DNA from: Gammaproteobacteria bacterium
Lineage (GTDB): Bacteria; Pseudomonadota; Gammaproteobacteria; Natronospirales; REEB76
Assembly (NCBI GenBank): GCA_036383255.1
Contig: DASVOS010000009.1
Location: forward strand, 148,110-212,109
DNA: 64,000 bases
Direction of reading: 5' to 3'
The translations under genes were made by a program, and so were the position numbers. The number at the start of each line of letters is the position of its first letter. Position 1 is the first letter of the stretch. The notes beneath the pieces are model-generated. The model was not told where the DNA came from. It ran no database searches and worked only from the letters and a program-made list of their open reading frames with translations. Positions 32,758 through 40,757 of this stretch are shown here, one piece after another.

Positions 32758-33693
32758 ATGCGCGCCTTCTCACCGGACCTGCATGAGATGTACCGCAAAG
32801 CCCTAGACCGATATCTGACCCAAGGCGGCGAAGCCCCGCTGCTGGAGGCCTACGAACTCGGCCGCCAGGCACTGGGCTCGGGGGTCGGCGTGCTCGGCCT
32901 CATCAACATCCACCATTCCGCACTCGCCGCGCTGCTGGACCACCCCGGCGGCGACGTGCGCCAGAAGCTCGATGACTCGCACCGCTTCCTGATGGAGAGC
33001 ATGTCGCCCTTCGAGATGATGCAGATCGGCAACCAGGAATCCAACGCCGCGCTGCGCCGGCTCAACGGCATCCTCGAGGAGGAAGCCAAGCGCATCGCCC
33101 ATACCCTGCACGACGAGGCGGCTCAGATGCTCGCCTCGGCTTACCTCGAATTGGCGGAGATCGAACGCCTGGCGCCGCCGCAGGCCGTGCGCGAGCACGT
33201 GGAGCACATCTCCGCCCATCTCGATGAGGTCTCGGACCAGCTCCGGCGCCTGTCGCATGAGCTTCGGCCGCCCATCCTCGACCAGCTCGGCCTGATGCCG
33301 GCGCTGACATTCCTCAGTGACGGCTTCCGCAAGCGCGCAGGCCTGGAGATAGACATCGAAAACGAGATCGCTGAACACGGCCGCCTGCCGCAACCGGTGG
33401 AGACCGCGCTGTACCGCACGGTACAGGAGGCGCTCAACAACGTGGTCAAGCACGCCCAAGCCCGCCGTGTCGGGATCCGGGTATGGATCGCGGATCATCT
33501 CGTCTATTGCAGCATCAAGGATGACGGCAAGGGCTTCGCGGCTCCCGCCAGCAGTGAGACCGGTTCGCACGGCCTCGGTCTGCTGGGGATCCGCGAGCGC
33601 ATCAGTAGCCTGCACGGGGCCTTCGAAGTCGAGTCGAAGCCCGGCGCCGGCACGGAGCTAAGGATAGGCATACCACTAGGAAGCAACCTATGA
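32758..33693 (+). CDS. Soluble histidine kinase: RsbU N-terminal-like domain + HisKA_3 + HATPase_c
   Basis: No TM segments; N-terminal ~100 aa (YRKALDRYLTQGGEAPLLEAYELGRQAL...INIHHSAL...FLMESMSPFEMM) resembles the RsbT-binding RsbU_N domain; H-box RIAHTLHDEAAQ; N/G boxes LNNVVKHA, DDGKGF, GLGLLGIRER. Confidence 0.85.
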   Translation: MRAFSPDLHEMYRKALDRYLTQGGEAPLLEAYELGRQALGSGVGVLGLINIHHSALAALLDHPGGDVRQKLDDSHRFLMESMSPFEMMQIGNQESNAALRRLNGILEEEAKRIAHTLHDEAAQMLASAYLELAEIERLAPPQAVREHVEHISAHLDEVSDQLRRLSHELRPPILDQLGLMPALTFLSDGFRKRAGLEIDIENEIAEHGRLPQPVETALYRTVQEALNNVVKHAQARRVGIRVWIADHLVYCSIKDDGKGFAAPASSETGSHGLGLLGIRERISSLHGAFEVESKPGAGTELRIGIPLGSNL

Positions 33694-34322
33694 TGTCGAA
33701 CATCGTATTGGCAGACGATCACCCCATGTTCCGGCAGGGCCTCAAGGCGCTGCTCGAACGGGAAGGCTACGACGTGGTGGCGGAGGCAGCCAACGGCCAT
33801 GAGGCAGTGCGGCATGCACGGCAGCTGAATCCGCGCCTCGCGGTGCTGGACCTCGGCATGCCGCTGCTGAACGGCATCGATGCCGCCCGTGAGATCCACA
33901 AGCAGGCGCCCAAAACGGAAGTGGTGCTGCTCACCATGTACGAGGAGGATGCCTACGTGCTGGAAGCGCTGCGCGCCGGCATCCGCGGCTACGTGCTGAA
34001 GGCGCAGGCCGCCTCGGACCTGCTGAGCGCCATCAAGGAGGTGTTGCGCGGCGCGGTATACCTCTCCCCCGGCATCTCCAAGGCGGTCGTGGACGCCTAC
34101 GTCGGCAAGTCAGAGCTGCCGGCTGACCCGCTCACAGACCGCGAACGGCAGGTGCTGCAGCTCGTGGCCGAAGGCAAGACCACCAAGCAGGTAGCGGAAG
34201 TGCTCGGCCTCAGCGTGAAGACCGCCGACTCGCACCGTACCCGCATCATGCAGAAGCTCGAGATCCACGAGACCGCGAGCCTGGTGCGTTACGCGATCCG
34301 CCGCGGCTTCATCAAGGCATGA
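33690..34322 (+). CDS. NarL/FixJ-family response regulator (REC + GerE HTH), copy 1
   Basis: ATGA overlap with kinase stop; ADDHPMF, VLDLGMP acceptor Asp, LLTMY, YVLK; C-terminal LTDRERQVLQLVAEGKTTKQVAEVLGLSVKTADSHRTRIMQKL. Confidence 0.9.
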   Translation: MMSNIVLADDHPMFRQGLKALLEREGYDVVAEAANGHEAVRHARQLNPRLAVLDLGMPLLNGIDAAREIHKQAPKTEVVLLTMYEEDAYVLEALRAGIRGYVLKAQAASDLLSAIKEVLRGAVYLSPGISKAVVDAYVGKSELPADPLTDRERQVLQLVAEGKTTKQVAEVLGLSVKTADSHRTRIMQKLEIHETASLVRYAIRRGFIKA

Positions 34323-34360
34323 GGGCGGCGCCGGCGTGTAGTCGCCGGCCTACGCGGGAT

Positions 34361-34389
34361 TAAGGTGATTACCCCTCGAATTGGGGGTA
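34361..34389 (+). promoter_or_regulatory. Box 1 copy TAAGGTGATTACCCCT overlapping inverted repeat TACCCC-N8-GGGGTA
   Basis: TACCCCT (34370-34376) fits the NarL heptamer TACYYMT; inverted partner GGGGTA at 34384-34389; lies 110-140 nt upstream of regulator copy 2. Confidence 0.35.
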
Positions 34390-34500
34390 CTTACTTGATT
34401 TCGCCCTTAGAGGTTTCACTGCATAGTCTGCGCATCGTGGTTTTTGTAGGTCCTGCGCGGTGCGCAGCGGCCGAGAACCACAACGACCTAGAGAGCAGCC

Positions 34501-35130
34501 ATGCAGCGGATATTGCTGGCAGATGACCATCCCATGTTCCGGCAGGGCCTCAAGGCGCTGCTGGAGCGTGAAGGCTTCGATGTGGTGGGCGAAGCGGCCG
34601 ACGGCCATGAGGCGGTGCGCCTGGCGCGCCAGCTCGGCCCCTCCATCGCGGTGCTCGACCTCGGCATGCCGCTCCTCAACGGCATCGATGCCGCCCGCCA
34701 GATCCTCAAGCAGACCGCGGGCATCCAGGTGATCGTGCTAACCATGTACGAGGAAGAAGCGTACGTGCTGGAGGCGTTGCGCGCCGGCATCCGCGGCTAC
34801 GTGCTCAAGGGCCAAGCGGCCGCCGACCTGGTGGGCGCCATCAAGGAAGTGCTGCGCGGCTCGGTCTACCTCTCCCCGGGCATCTCCAAGACCGTGGTGG
34901 ATGCCTACGTCGGCAAATCCGAGCTGCCGGCCGATCCGCTCACGGACCGTGAGCGCCAAGTACTGCAGCTCGTGGCCGAGGGCAAGACCACCAAGGAAGT
35001 GGCGCAAGTCCTCGGCCTCAGCGTCAAGACCGCCGACTCGCACCGTACCCGCATCATGCAGAAGCTCGACATCCACGACACCGCGAGCCTGGTGCGTTAC
35101 GCCGTGCGGCGGGGGTTCATCAAGGCCTGA
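34501..35130 (+). CDS. NarL/FixJ-family response regulator, copy 2
   Basis: Same motifs as copy 1; own upstream 178-nt intergenic region. Confidence 0.9.
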   Translation: MQRILLADDHPMFRQGLKALLEREGFDVVGEAADGHEAVRLARQLGPSIAVLDLGMPLLNGIDAARQILKQTAGIQVIVLTMYEEEAYVLEALRAGIRGYVLKGQAAADLVGAIKEVLRGSVYLSPGISKTVVDAYVGKSELPADPLTDRERQVLQLVAEGKTTKEVAQVLGLSVKTADSHRTRIMQKLDIHDTASLVRYAVRRGFIKA

Positions 35131-35138
35131 CGACCGCC

Positions 35139-35828
35139 GTGCACCCCCTGACTGGACCCGCACATACCCCCTTCCCCGCCTCCCGCCCCGAGGGCACCCC
35201 GGTGCGCGTGCTCCTGGCGGACGACCACAAGATCTTCCGGCAGAGCCTCAGCATGCTGCTGCAGCAGGAGGGCTTCGAGGTGGCGGGCGAGGCAGCGGAT
35301 GGCCCCGAGGCCCTGGACCTCGCCGAGACGCGCCATCCGGACGTCGCGATCCTCGACTATGACATGCCCGCCATGGATGGCATCAGCGTGGCGCGCGAAC
35401 TGCAGCGCGCGACCCCCGGCATCCAGACCGTGCTGCTCACCACCGACGAGGACAACGCCAGCGCCGTGGAGGCGCTGCGCGCCGGCATGCACGGCTATGT
35501 GTACAAGTCACAGACCGCGGCGGAGCTCATCAGCACCATCCGCGAGGTGGCGCGCGGCGCCATCCACTTCAATACCCGGCTCACTCCTGGCGCCCTGTCC
35601 TCGCTGGTCTCGCATGCCGAGACCCCGCCGGAACCGCTCACGGAGCGCGAGCGCGAAGTCCTGCTCCTGATCGCGCGTGGCAACACCACGCGCATGATCG
35701 CCAAGGAGCTGGGCTTGAGCGTGAAGACCGTGGAGTCCCACCGCAGCCGCATCATGCACAAGCTTCACGTGCACCGGGCGGCGGAACTCATCCGCTACGC
35801 CATCCGCCGGCAGCTCATTCCGCCCTGA
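35139..35828 (+). CDS. NarL/FixJ-family response regulator, third and more divergent
   Basis: REC (ADDHKIF, ILDYDMP, LLTTD, YVYK) + GerE HTH (LTEREREVLLLIARGNTTRMIAKELGLSVKTVESHRSRIMHKL); GTG 35139 or GTG 35202 start. Confidence 0.85.
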   Translation: MHPLTGPAHTPFPASRPEGTPVRVLLADDHKIFRQSLSMLLQQEGFEVAGEAADGPEALDLAETRHPDVAILDYDMPAMDGISVARELQRATPGIQTVLLTTDEDNASAVEALRAGMHGYVYKSQTAAELISTIREVARGAIHFNTRLTPGALSSLVSHAETPPEPLTEREREVLLLIARGNTTRMIAKELGLSVKTVESHRSRIMHKLHVHRAAELIRYAIRRQLIPP

Positions 35829-35969
35829 CCCGAACCCTGATTCCTCCATCCCCGGATTGATTCTGAAGCGCCGCCATGAAGCGGCCGCAAGTGCATGTGA
35901 CATAGCTCACGTTTCCACTGCTGTTTACGCCCCGTTGCCACTCGCTTTAAGGCCCCGTTACTCCCCGCA

Positions 35970-36015
35970 GGTATATATCCCATACCGGTAAGGTAGGGAC
36001 CTTAAGGGTTTAACC
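35970..36015 (+). promoter_or_regulatory. Cluster of GGTA/TACC half-sites plus Box 2 upstream of the giant secreted protein gene
   Basis: GGTAT-N7-ATACC, palindrome TACCGGTA, GGTAAGGTAGGG, then TTAAGGGTTTAACC (36002-36015); 58-103 nt upstream of ATG 36073. Confidence 0.3.
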
Positions 36016-36072
36016 CCTGCATCCCCAGTGACTTATCGGTCCGTCTACCGATATGTACTGAGGTTATGCAGC

Positions 36073-39000
36073 ATGTCCTGTCGCCGCTTACTGGCCTTCC
36101 TGTTCTTCTGTCTCATCTCCCGCCTTGCCTTCGCCGCCACAGCTCCCGGCGGCTTCCTGGAGAACGACGAGACCGCCACCCCCCGCGCCCTCATGACCCA
36201 GGCCCAGGCCAGCGCGATCCTGCCTGAGCGAGGCGCCTTCGATTTCCCGGCCCCCTACGGCACCCGTGGCGTGCGGGTGACCAATGCCTCCGACTGCGGC
36301 GGCCAGGACTGCGTGGACATGATCTATTCCTACTGGCGCAACATGAGCAACAGCGCCGGCAGCAACACTCTCTATGTATTCATCGGTCTGGACCGCAACC
36401 GCGGTGGTCAGGGTCCGACCCTGTTCAGCTACGACAAGACCAGCGAGGCGCTCACCCAGGTGGGCCCGTTGTTCCCCGCCTCCAGCCCCTACAGCTGGAA
36501 CAGCGCCGAGGGCTGGTACTTCAGCTACGGCATGGCCACCAAGATTTACCTGCCGAGCGGCTCGAAGCTGCTGCGGTACGACGTGCTGAGCCACGCCATG
36601 GAGACGGTGTTCGACTCCACCACCCAGTATCCAAACACCGTCATCCGCCAGGCCAACTCCAGCAACGACGACGACGTCCACTCCGCCACCCTGCAGGATG
36701 CCTCCAGCCGCCAGACCTTGGGTTGCATCGCATACAAGTCCAGCACCCGCCAGTTCTTCTATTACCCGGCCCAGGGCAAGTTCGACGAGTGCCAGATCGA
36801 CAAGAGTGGCCGCTACCTGCTGATCAAGGAGAAGCTGCCTACCGATACCTGCACGAGCTGCGATGAGGACAACGTGTTCGTGGACCTGCAGACCGGCGTG
36901 CAGCAGGTGCTGATGGACCAAAGCGGCGCCGGCGGCCACTCCGACATGGGTTACGGCACCTACCTCGCGGTGGACAACTGGAACAACTACGCCAACGCAT
37001 GGCGGACCTGGAACCTGGGCCAGACCACCCTCGCGGGCGGCCTCACCTACCACGACAACGACTGGAGCGCATTCTCCCCGTCCCACGTGAGCTTCGAGAA
37101 CGCAAGCCCGGATCTGCCCATCGCACAGCAATATGCCTGCGGCAGCGGTGCCAGCCGTTCCACGGCGTTGCGGGCCAACGAGGTGATCTGCTTCATGCTG
37201 GACAGCTCGGTACCCCATGCCTCCGCCCAGGTGTTGGTGGTGGCACCGGTGATGACGAGCCTGGACGCGACCGGCGGCAATGCCACCTGCCCGAGCTGCA
37301 CCGACTATGGCAAGGACCCGAAGGGGAACATCGACCCCACGGGACAGTATTTCTTCTGGGTCAGCAACATGGGCGGCAGCCGCATGGATGCCTTCATGGT
37401 ACGCATCCCATCCCAGCTCCTGACCGGTACGGGCAGCAGCGGCGACAGCACCGCTCCTAGCATCGGCCTCACCGCGCCCTACGCCGGCGCCGCCCTCTCC
37501 GGCAGCGTGAACGTATCCGCCAACGCGTCCGACAATGTCGCCGTGGCCGGCGTGCAGTTCAAGCTGGATGGCGCGAACCTGGGCGCAGAACTGACCCAGA
37601 CCCCCTATACCCTGACCTGGGATACCACCAAGGTCGCTGCGGGCACCCATACCTTGAGCGCCGTGGCGCGGGATGCGGCTGGCAACGTCTCCACCGCCGG
37701 CAACGTGACCGTGACTACCTTCATCTACGTTCCGCCGCCGGTCATCTCCTCCGTGAGCGCCAGCGTCACCGGCAGCAGTTCCGTCACCCTGAGCTGGAGC
37801 ACCGACCAGCCGGCGAACTCCCAGGTGGCCTACGGCACCACGACCGCCTACGGCAGCACGTCGGTCCTCGATACCGCTCTCGCCACCGCCCATGCCTTGG
37901 TCCTGACGGGCCTTGTCCCGGGCACGCTCTACCACTACCAGGTGATCTCGCGGGACTCCACCGGCCAGGCCAGCGTCTCCGCAGACCAGGTGTTCACTAC
38001 CCAGGCGGGCGCGACGGTGACGCTGCCGGCCGTGCTCGCTGATTGGCGGCTGGACGCGGGCAACGGCTTGCAGGCCGTTGACAGCTCCGGCCACGGCTAC
38101 AGCGCCACGCTCCACAACCAGCCCTCGTGGGGGCTCGGCGTGGCCGGCGACGGCCTGAGCTTCGACGGCATCGACCAGTACGCGAGCGTGACCAGTAGCA
38201 GCGCACTCAACGCCTACCCTCTGACCGTGTCCGCCTGGTTCAAGGCCGGCAGCGACACGGGCCAGCACGGCATCGTCAGCAAGTACGCCTATGGCTCCAT
38301 GCGGGGCTACCAAGTGCTCATGAGCGGCGGCAAACTCTGCGCCTGGTATTACCGGGATAGCGCTGACCATGTCGGCAACACGGCCTGCAGCCTAAGGGCA
38401 GCGGGCTATGCCGATGGGACTTGGCATATGGTCACCTTCACGGTAAACGTCTACGGTGGCAAGCTCTACGTGGACGGCGCCCTGAAATCGAAGCTCGGCT
38501 GGACCGGACGGCCTGGTGCCGCCTCCACCAGCCAGGCCCTGAACTTCGCCCGCTACCCGGGCGCGAGCCGGCCCTATCTCGCCGCCACCCTGGATGAGGT
38601 GCGGCTCTATGCCAAGGCCCTGAGCGCCGCCCAGGTGGCTGCCCTCTACGCCTCGTTCCCGCGCGAGCAGCCCACCGCGTGGACAGATCTGCGCAACGTC
38701 ACCACCGATGGCGGCTCGCTGCAGAAGACCGCGGGCTGCGACGGCTGCGAAGACGCCAGCGCCGCCTCGCAGCAGCAGCTCGCCCAGGGCAGCGATGGCC
38801 ACCTGCAGTTCACGGTGGCCGAGACGAATACCCTTCGCAGCGTGGGCCTGGCAGCGGTAGGCTCTGGCCCGGGCGTGGCGAACATGGACTACGCGCTGCG
38901 CCTGCAGAACGGCATCGCGGAGGTACGCGAGAAGGGCCTATACCGCAAGGATGTGACCTTCGCTTCCGGCGACGTGTTCCGCCTGGAACTGCGCGCTGGA

Positions 39001-39132
39001 AGTGTGGATTACTACAAGAACGGCATCTTGTTCTACACGAGCACGGTCGCCGCCAGCCAGCCGCTGCAGGCGGCGGCCTCGGTGAACACCCTGGGGGGTA
39101 CCATAAGCGACGCGCTGATCCAGGGCCAGTGA
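36073..39132 (+). CDS. Large secreted multidomain protein (N-terminal beta-propeller-like region, Ig-like, Fn3-like, LamG/concanavalin-like, C-terminal beta-sandwich-like domain)
   Basis: ATG 36073 gives signal peptide MSCRRLLAFLFFCLISRLAFA; Ig-like segment approx 37450-37720 (NVSANASDNVAVAGVQFKLDG...HTLSAVARDAAGN); Fn3-like approx 37740-38010 (VTLSWSTDQPANSQVAYG...YHYQVISRD); LamG approx 38020-38660 (LDEVRLYAKALSAAQV). Confidence 0.85.
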   Translation: MSCRRLLAFLFFCLISRLAFAATAPGGFLENDETATPRALMTQAQASAILPERGAFDFPAPYGTRGVRVTNASDCGGQDCVDMIYSYWRNMSNSAGSNTLYVFIGLDRNRGGQGPTLFSYDKTSEALTQVGPLFPASSPYSWNSAEGWYFSYGMATKIYLPSGSKLLRYDVLSHAMETVFDSTTQYPNTVIRQANSSNDDDVHSATLQDASSRQTLGCIAYKSSTRQFFYYPAQGKFDECQIDKSGRYLLIKEKLPTDTCTSCDEDNVFVDLQTGVQQVLMDQSGAGGHSDMGYGTYLAVDNWNNYANAWRTWNLGQTTLAGGLTYHDNDWSAFSPSHVSFENASPDLPIAQQYACGSGASRSTALRANEVICFMLDSSVPHASAQVLVVAPVMTSLDATGGNATCPSCTDYGKDPKGNIDPTGQYFFWVSNMGGSRMDAFMVRIPSQLLTGTGSSGDSTAPSIGLTAPYAGAALSGSVNVSANASDNVAVAGVQFKLDGANLGAELTQTPYTLTWDTTKVAAGTHTLSAVARDAAGNVSTAGNVTVTTFIYVPPPVISSVSASVTGSSSVTLSWSTDQPANSQVAYGTTTAYGSTSVLDTALATAHALVLTGLVPGTLYHYQVISRDSTGQASVSADQVFTTQAGATVTLPAVLADWRLDAGNGLQAVDSSGHGYSATLHNQPSWGLGVAGDGLSFDGIDQYASVTSSSALNAYPLTVSAWFKAGSDTGQHGIVSKYAYGSMRGYQVLMSGGKLCAWYYRDSADHVGNTACSLRAAGYADGTWHMVTFTVNVYGGKLYVDGALKSKLGWTGRPGAASTSQALNFARYPGASRPYLAATLDEVRLYAKALSAAQVAALYASFPREQPTAWTDLRNVTTDGGSLQKTAGCDGCEDASAASQQQLAQGSDGHLQFTVAETNTLRSVGLAAVGSGPGVANMDYALRLQNGIAEVREKGLYRKDVTFASGDVFRLELRAGSVDYYKNGILFYTSTVAASQPLQAAASVNTLGGTISDALIQGQ

Positions 39133-39135
39133 GAT

Positions 39136-39167
39136 AAAAAAACGGCCGCCGGGGTGACCGGCGGCTG
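39136..39167 (-). terminator. Intrinsic terminator ending the minus-strand polysaccharide operon (also sits after the convergent plus-strand gene)
   Basis: GCCGCCGG-GGTGA-CCGGCGGC stem; seven-A run at 39136-42 on the plus strand is a T-run after the hairpin on the minus strand. Confidence 0.75.
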
Positions 39168-39206
39168 CAACACTGGTGTCGTATCGTCGTCGTTGTTGTC
39201 AGTTGT

Positions 39207-40214
39207 TCATGGCGCTGCCGTGCCGGCCTGGGCCGCGAGGCCCGGAAGGGTCTGCAGGTGCGGCGCGCGGGCCTGGTACTGCTCCAGCGCCAGCCACTTG
39301 CGGTACCAGTCCACCGTCTCCTTGAGGCCTTCCTTGAACGGCACTCCGGGCTCGTAGCCCAGGTACTGCTGCGCCTTGGCGATGTCCGCCTGGGAATGCT
39401 TCACGTCCCCCACCCGTTCCGGCTCGAACTGCGGAGCGATGCGGTCGCCCAGGAGGTCCTCCAGCATGTCGATTAGCTCGAGCAGGCTGCGGCGCTCGCC
39501 GCAAGCCACGTTGAACACTTGGCCTGCGGCCTCGGGAGCGCTGGCCGCCGCGATGGTGGCCTGTACCGCGTTGGTGACGTAGGTGAAGTCGCGGGACTGG
39601 GTGCCGTCCCCGTAGATGACCGGCGCCCCGCCGTTGAGGGCAGTGTCGATGAAACGCGGGATCACGGCGGCGTACTCGGAGTTCGGGTCCTGCCGCGGGC
39701 CGAACACGTTGAAGTAGCGCACGCAGGCGGTCTCCAGGCCATAAGCCTCCCAGTACACCCGGCAGTAATGTTCGCCGGTGAGCTTGGACACGGCATAGGG
39801 CGAAGCCGGCGCGGGCTTGGCATCCTCGCGCTTGGGCAGCGCCACGGCATTGCCATAGGCTGAGGACGACGCGGCGTACACCACGCGCTTCACCTTGGCC
39901 TTGCGGGCCGCATCCAGCACCGTGAGGGTGCCCGTCTCATTGACCGCGTGGGTAGCCAGGGGATCCTTCAGCGAGCGGCCCACGGAAGCCAGCGCCGCCA
40001 GGTGGAAGACGAAGTCCACGCCTTGCACCGCCTGGCGCACCTGCTCGGCGTCGCGCACGTCGCCCTCGATGAACTCGATGGGCAGGCTCTCGATGTTCTC
40101 GCGCTTGCCGGTGGACAGGTTGTCGAGCACCCAGACATCGTGTCCCTGGTGCAGCAAGCCGCGGGTCAGGTGCGAACCGATGAAGCCGGCGCCCCCGGTA
40201 ACCAGACATTTCAT
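39207..40214 (-). CDS. NAD-dependent nucleotide-sugar epimerase (UDP-hexose/UDP-HexNAc(A) 4-epimerase family)
   Basis: Start at MKCLVTGGAGFIGSH (40212-40214); YAVSK catalytic motif; extended SDR fold. Confidence 0.9.
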   Translation of the reverse strand: MKCLVTGGAGFIGSHLTRGLLHQGHDVWVLDNLSTGKRENIESLPIEFIEGDVRDAEQVRQAVQGVDFVFHLAALASVGRSLKDPLATHAVNETGTLTVLDAARKAKVKRVVYAASSSAYGNAVALPKREDAKPAPASPYAVSKLTGEHYCRVYWEAYGLETACVRYFNVFGPRQDPNSEYAAVIPRFIDTALNGGAPVIYGDGTQSRDFTYVTNAVQATIAAASAPEAAGQVFNVACGERRSLLELIDMLEDLLGDRIAPQFEPERVGDVKHSQADIAKAQQYLGYEPGVPFKEGLKETVDWYRKWLALEQYQARAPHLQTLPGLAAQAGTAAP

Positions 40215-40304
40215 GACAATCACCTCTTTATTGGATACGTGGAATAGGCTGCGCGGCAGCAAGGCCCGCGCGGCTTGGAATCGGTTCAGCGGCAGGGATG
40301 CCGC

Positions 40305-40757
40305 TCATGCGTCACGGGGATGGGCCCGGTTGTAGTCGTCCTCGAGGCGCACGATATCCTCCTCGCTGAGGAGGTCACCCTGCTGGACCTCGACGATGGA
40401 CATGGGCTCGTCACCCGGGTTTCCCAGGCGGTGCACCGTTCCCACCGGGATGGTCACGGTGTCGCGCGGCGCGAGTTCTATCTCGCGCTCACCCACCACG
40501 GCGCTGGCGCGTCCCGAGACACAGATCCACAGCTCGCTGCGGTGGCGGTGGTATTGCAGGCTCAGGCGGTGGCCGGGGCTCACCTCGATGAGCTTCACCT
40601 TCATGCCCTCGCCCTCGTAGAGGACGCTCCAGCTGCCCCAGGGCCGCTGCTCTGCCTTCACGACGGGGCCGGCGAAGGCCGAGGGGAGCCGGCGGATGCC
40701 GGGCACTGAGGTCAGGTACTTGTCCATGTACGACTTGCTCTCCTGTTGCAGTGTCAT
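40305..40757 (-). CDS. Cupin protein, type II phosphomannose isomerase C-terminal-like
   Basis: Start MTLQQESK (ATGA overlap with glmS stop); RPWGSWSVL...[17 protein letters not shown]...VHRLGNPG cupin motifs. Confidence 0.7.
   Translation of the reverse strand: MTLQQESKSYMDKYLTSVPGIRRLPSAFAGPVVKAEQRPWGSWSVLYEGEGMKVKLIEVSPGHRLSLQYHRHRSELWICVSGRASAVVGEREIELAPRDTVTIPVGTVHRLGNPGDEPMSIVEVQQGDLLSEEDIVRLEDDYNRAHPRDA

Larger units (their letters stand above)
33690..35130 (+). repeat. Tandem gene duplication of the NarL-type regulator
   Basis: The two CDS align end to end; long identical nucleotide runs (e.g. GACCGCCGACTCGCACCGTACCCGCATCATGCAGAAGCTCGA); HTH regions nearly identical at protein level. 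Confidence 0.85.

Noticed and set aside
36088-38370. 760-aa ORF antisense to the large secreted-protein gene
   Set aside because: Long antisense ORFs are expected in GC-rich DNA. Its composition is a monotonous A/G/V/H/R mix with no recognisable domain, RBS or signal. The sense strand encodes clear Ig, Fn3 and LamG domains.
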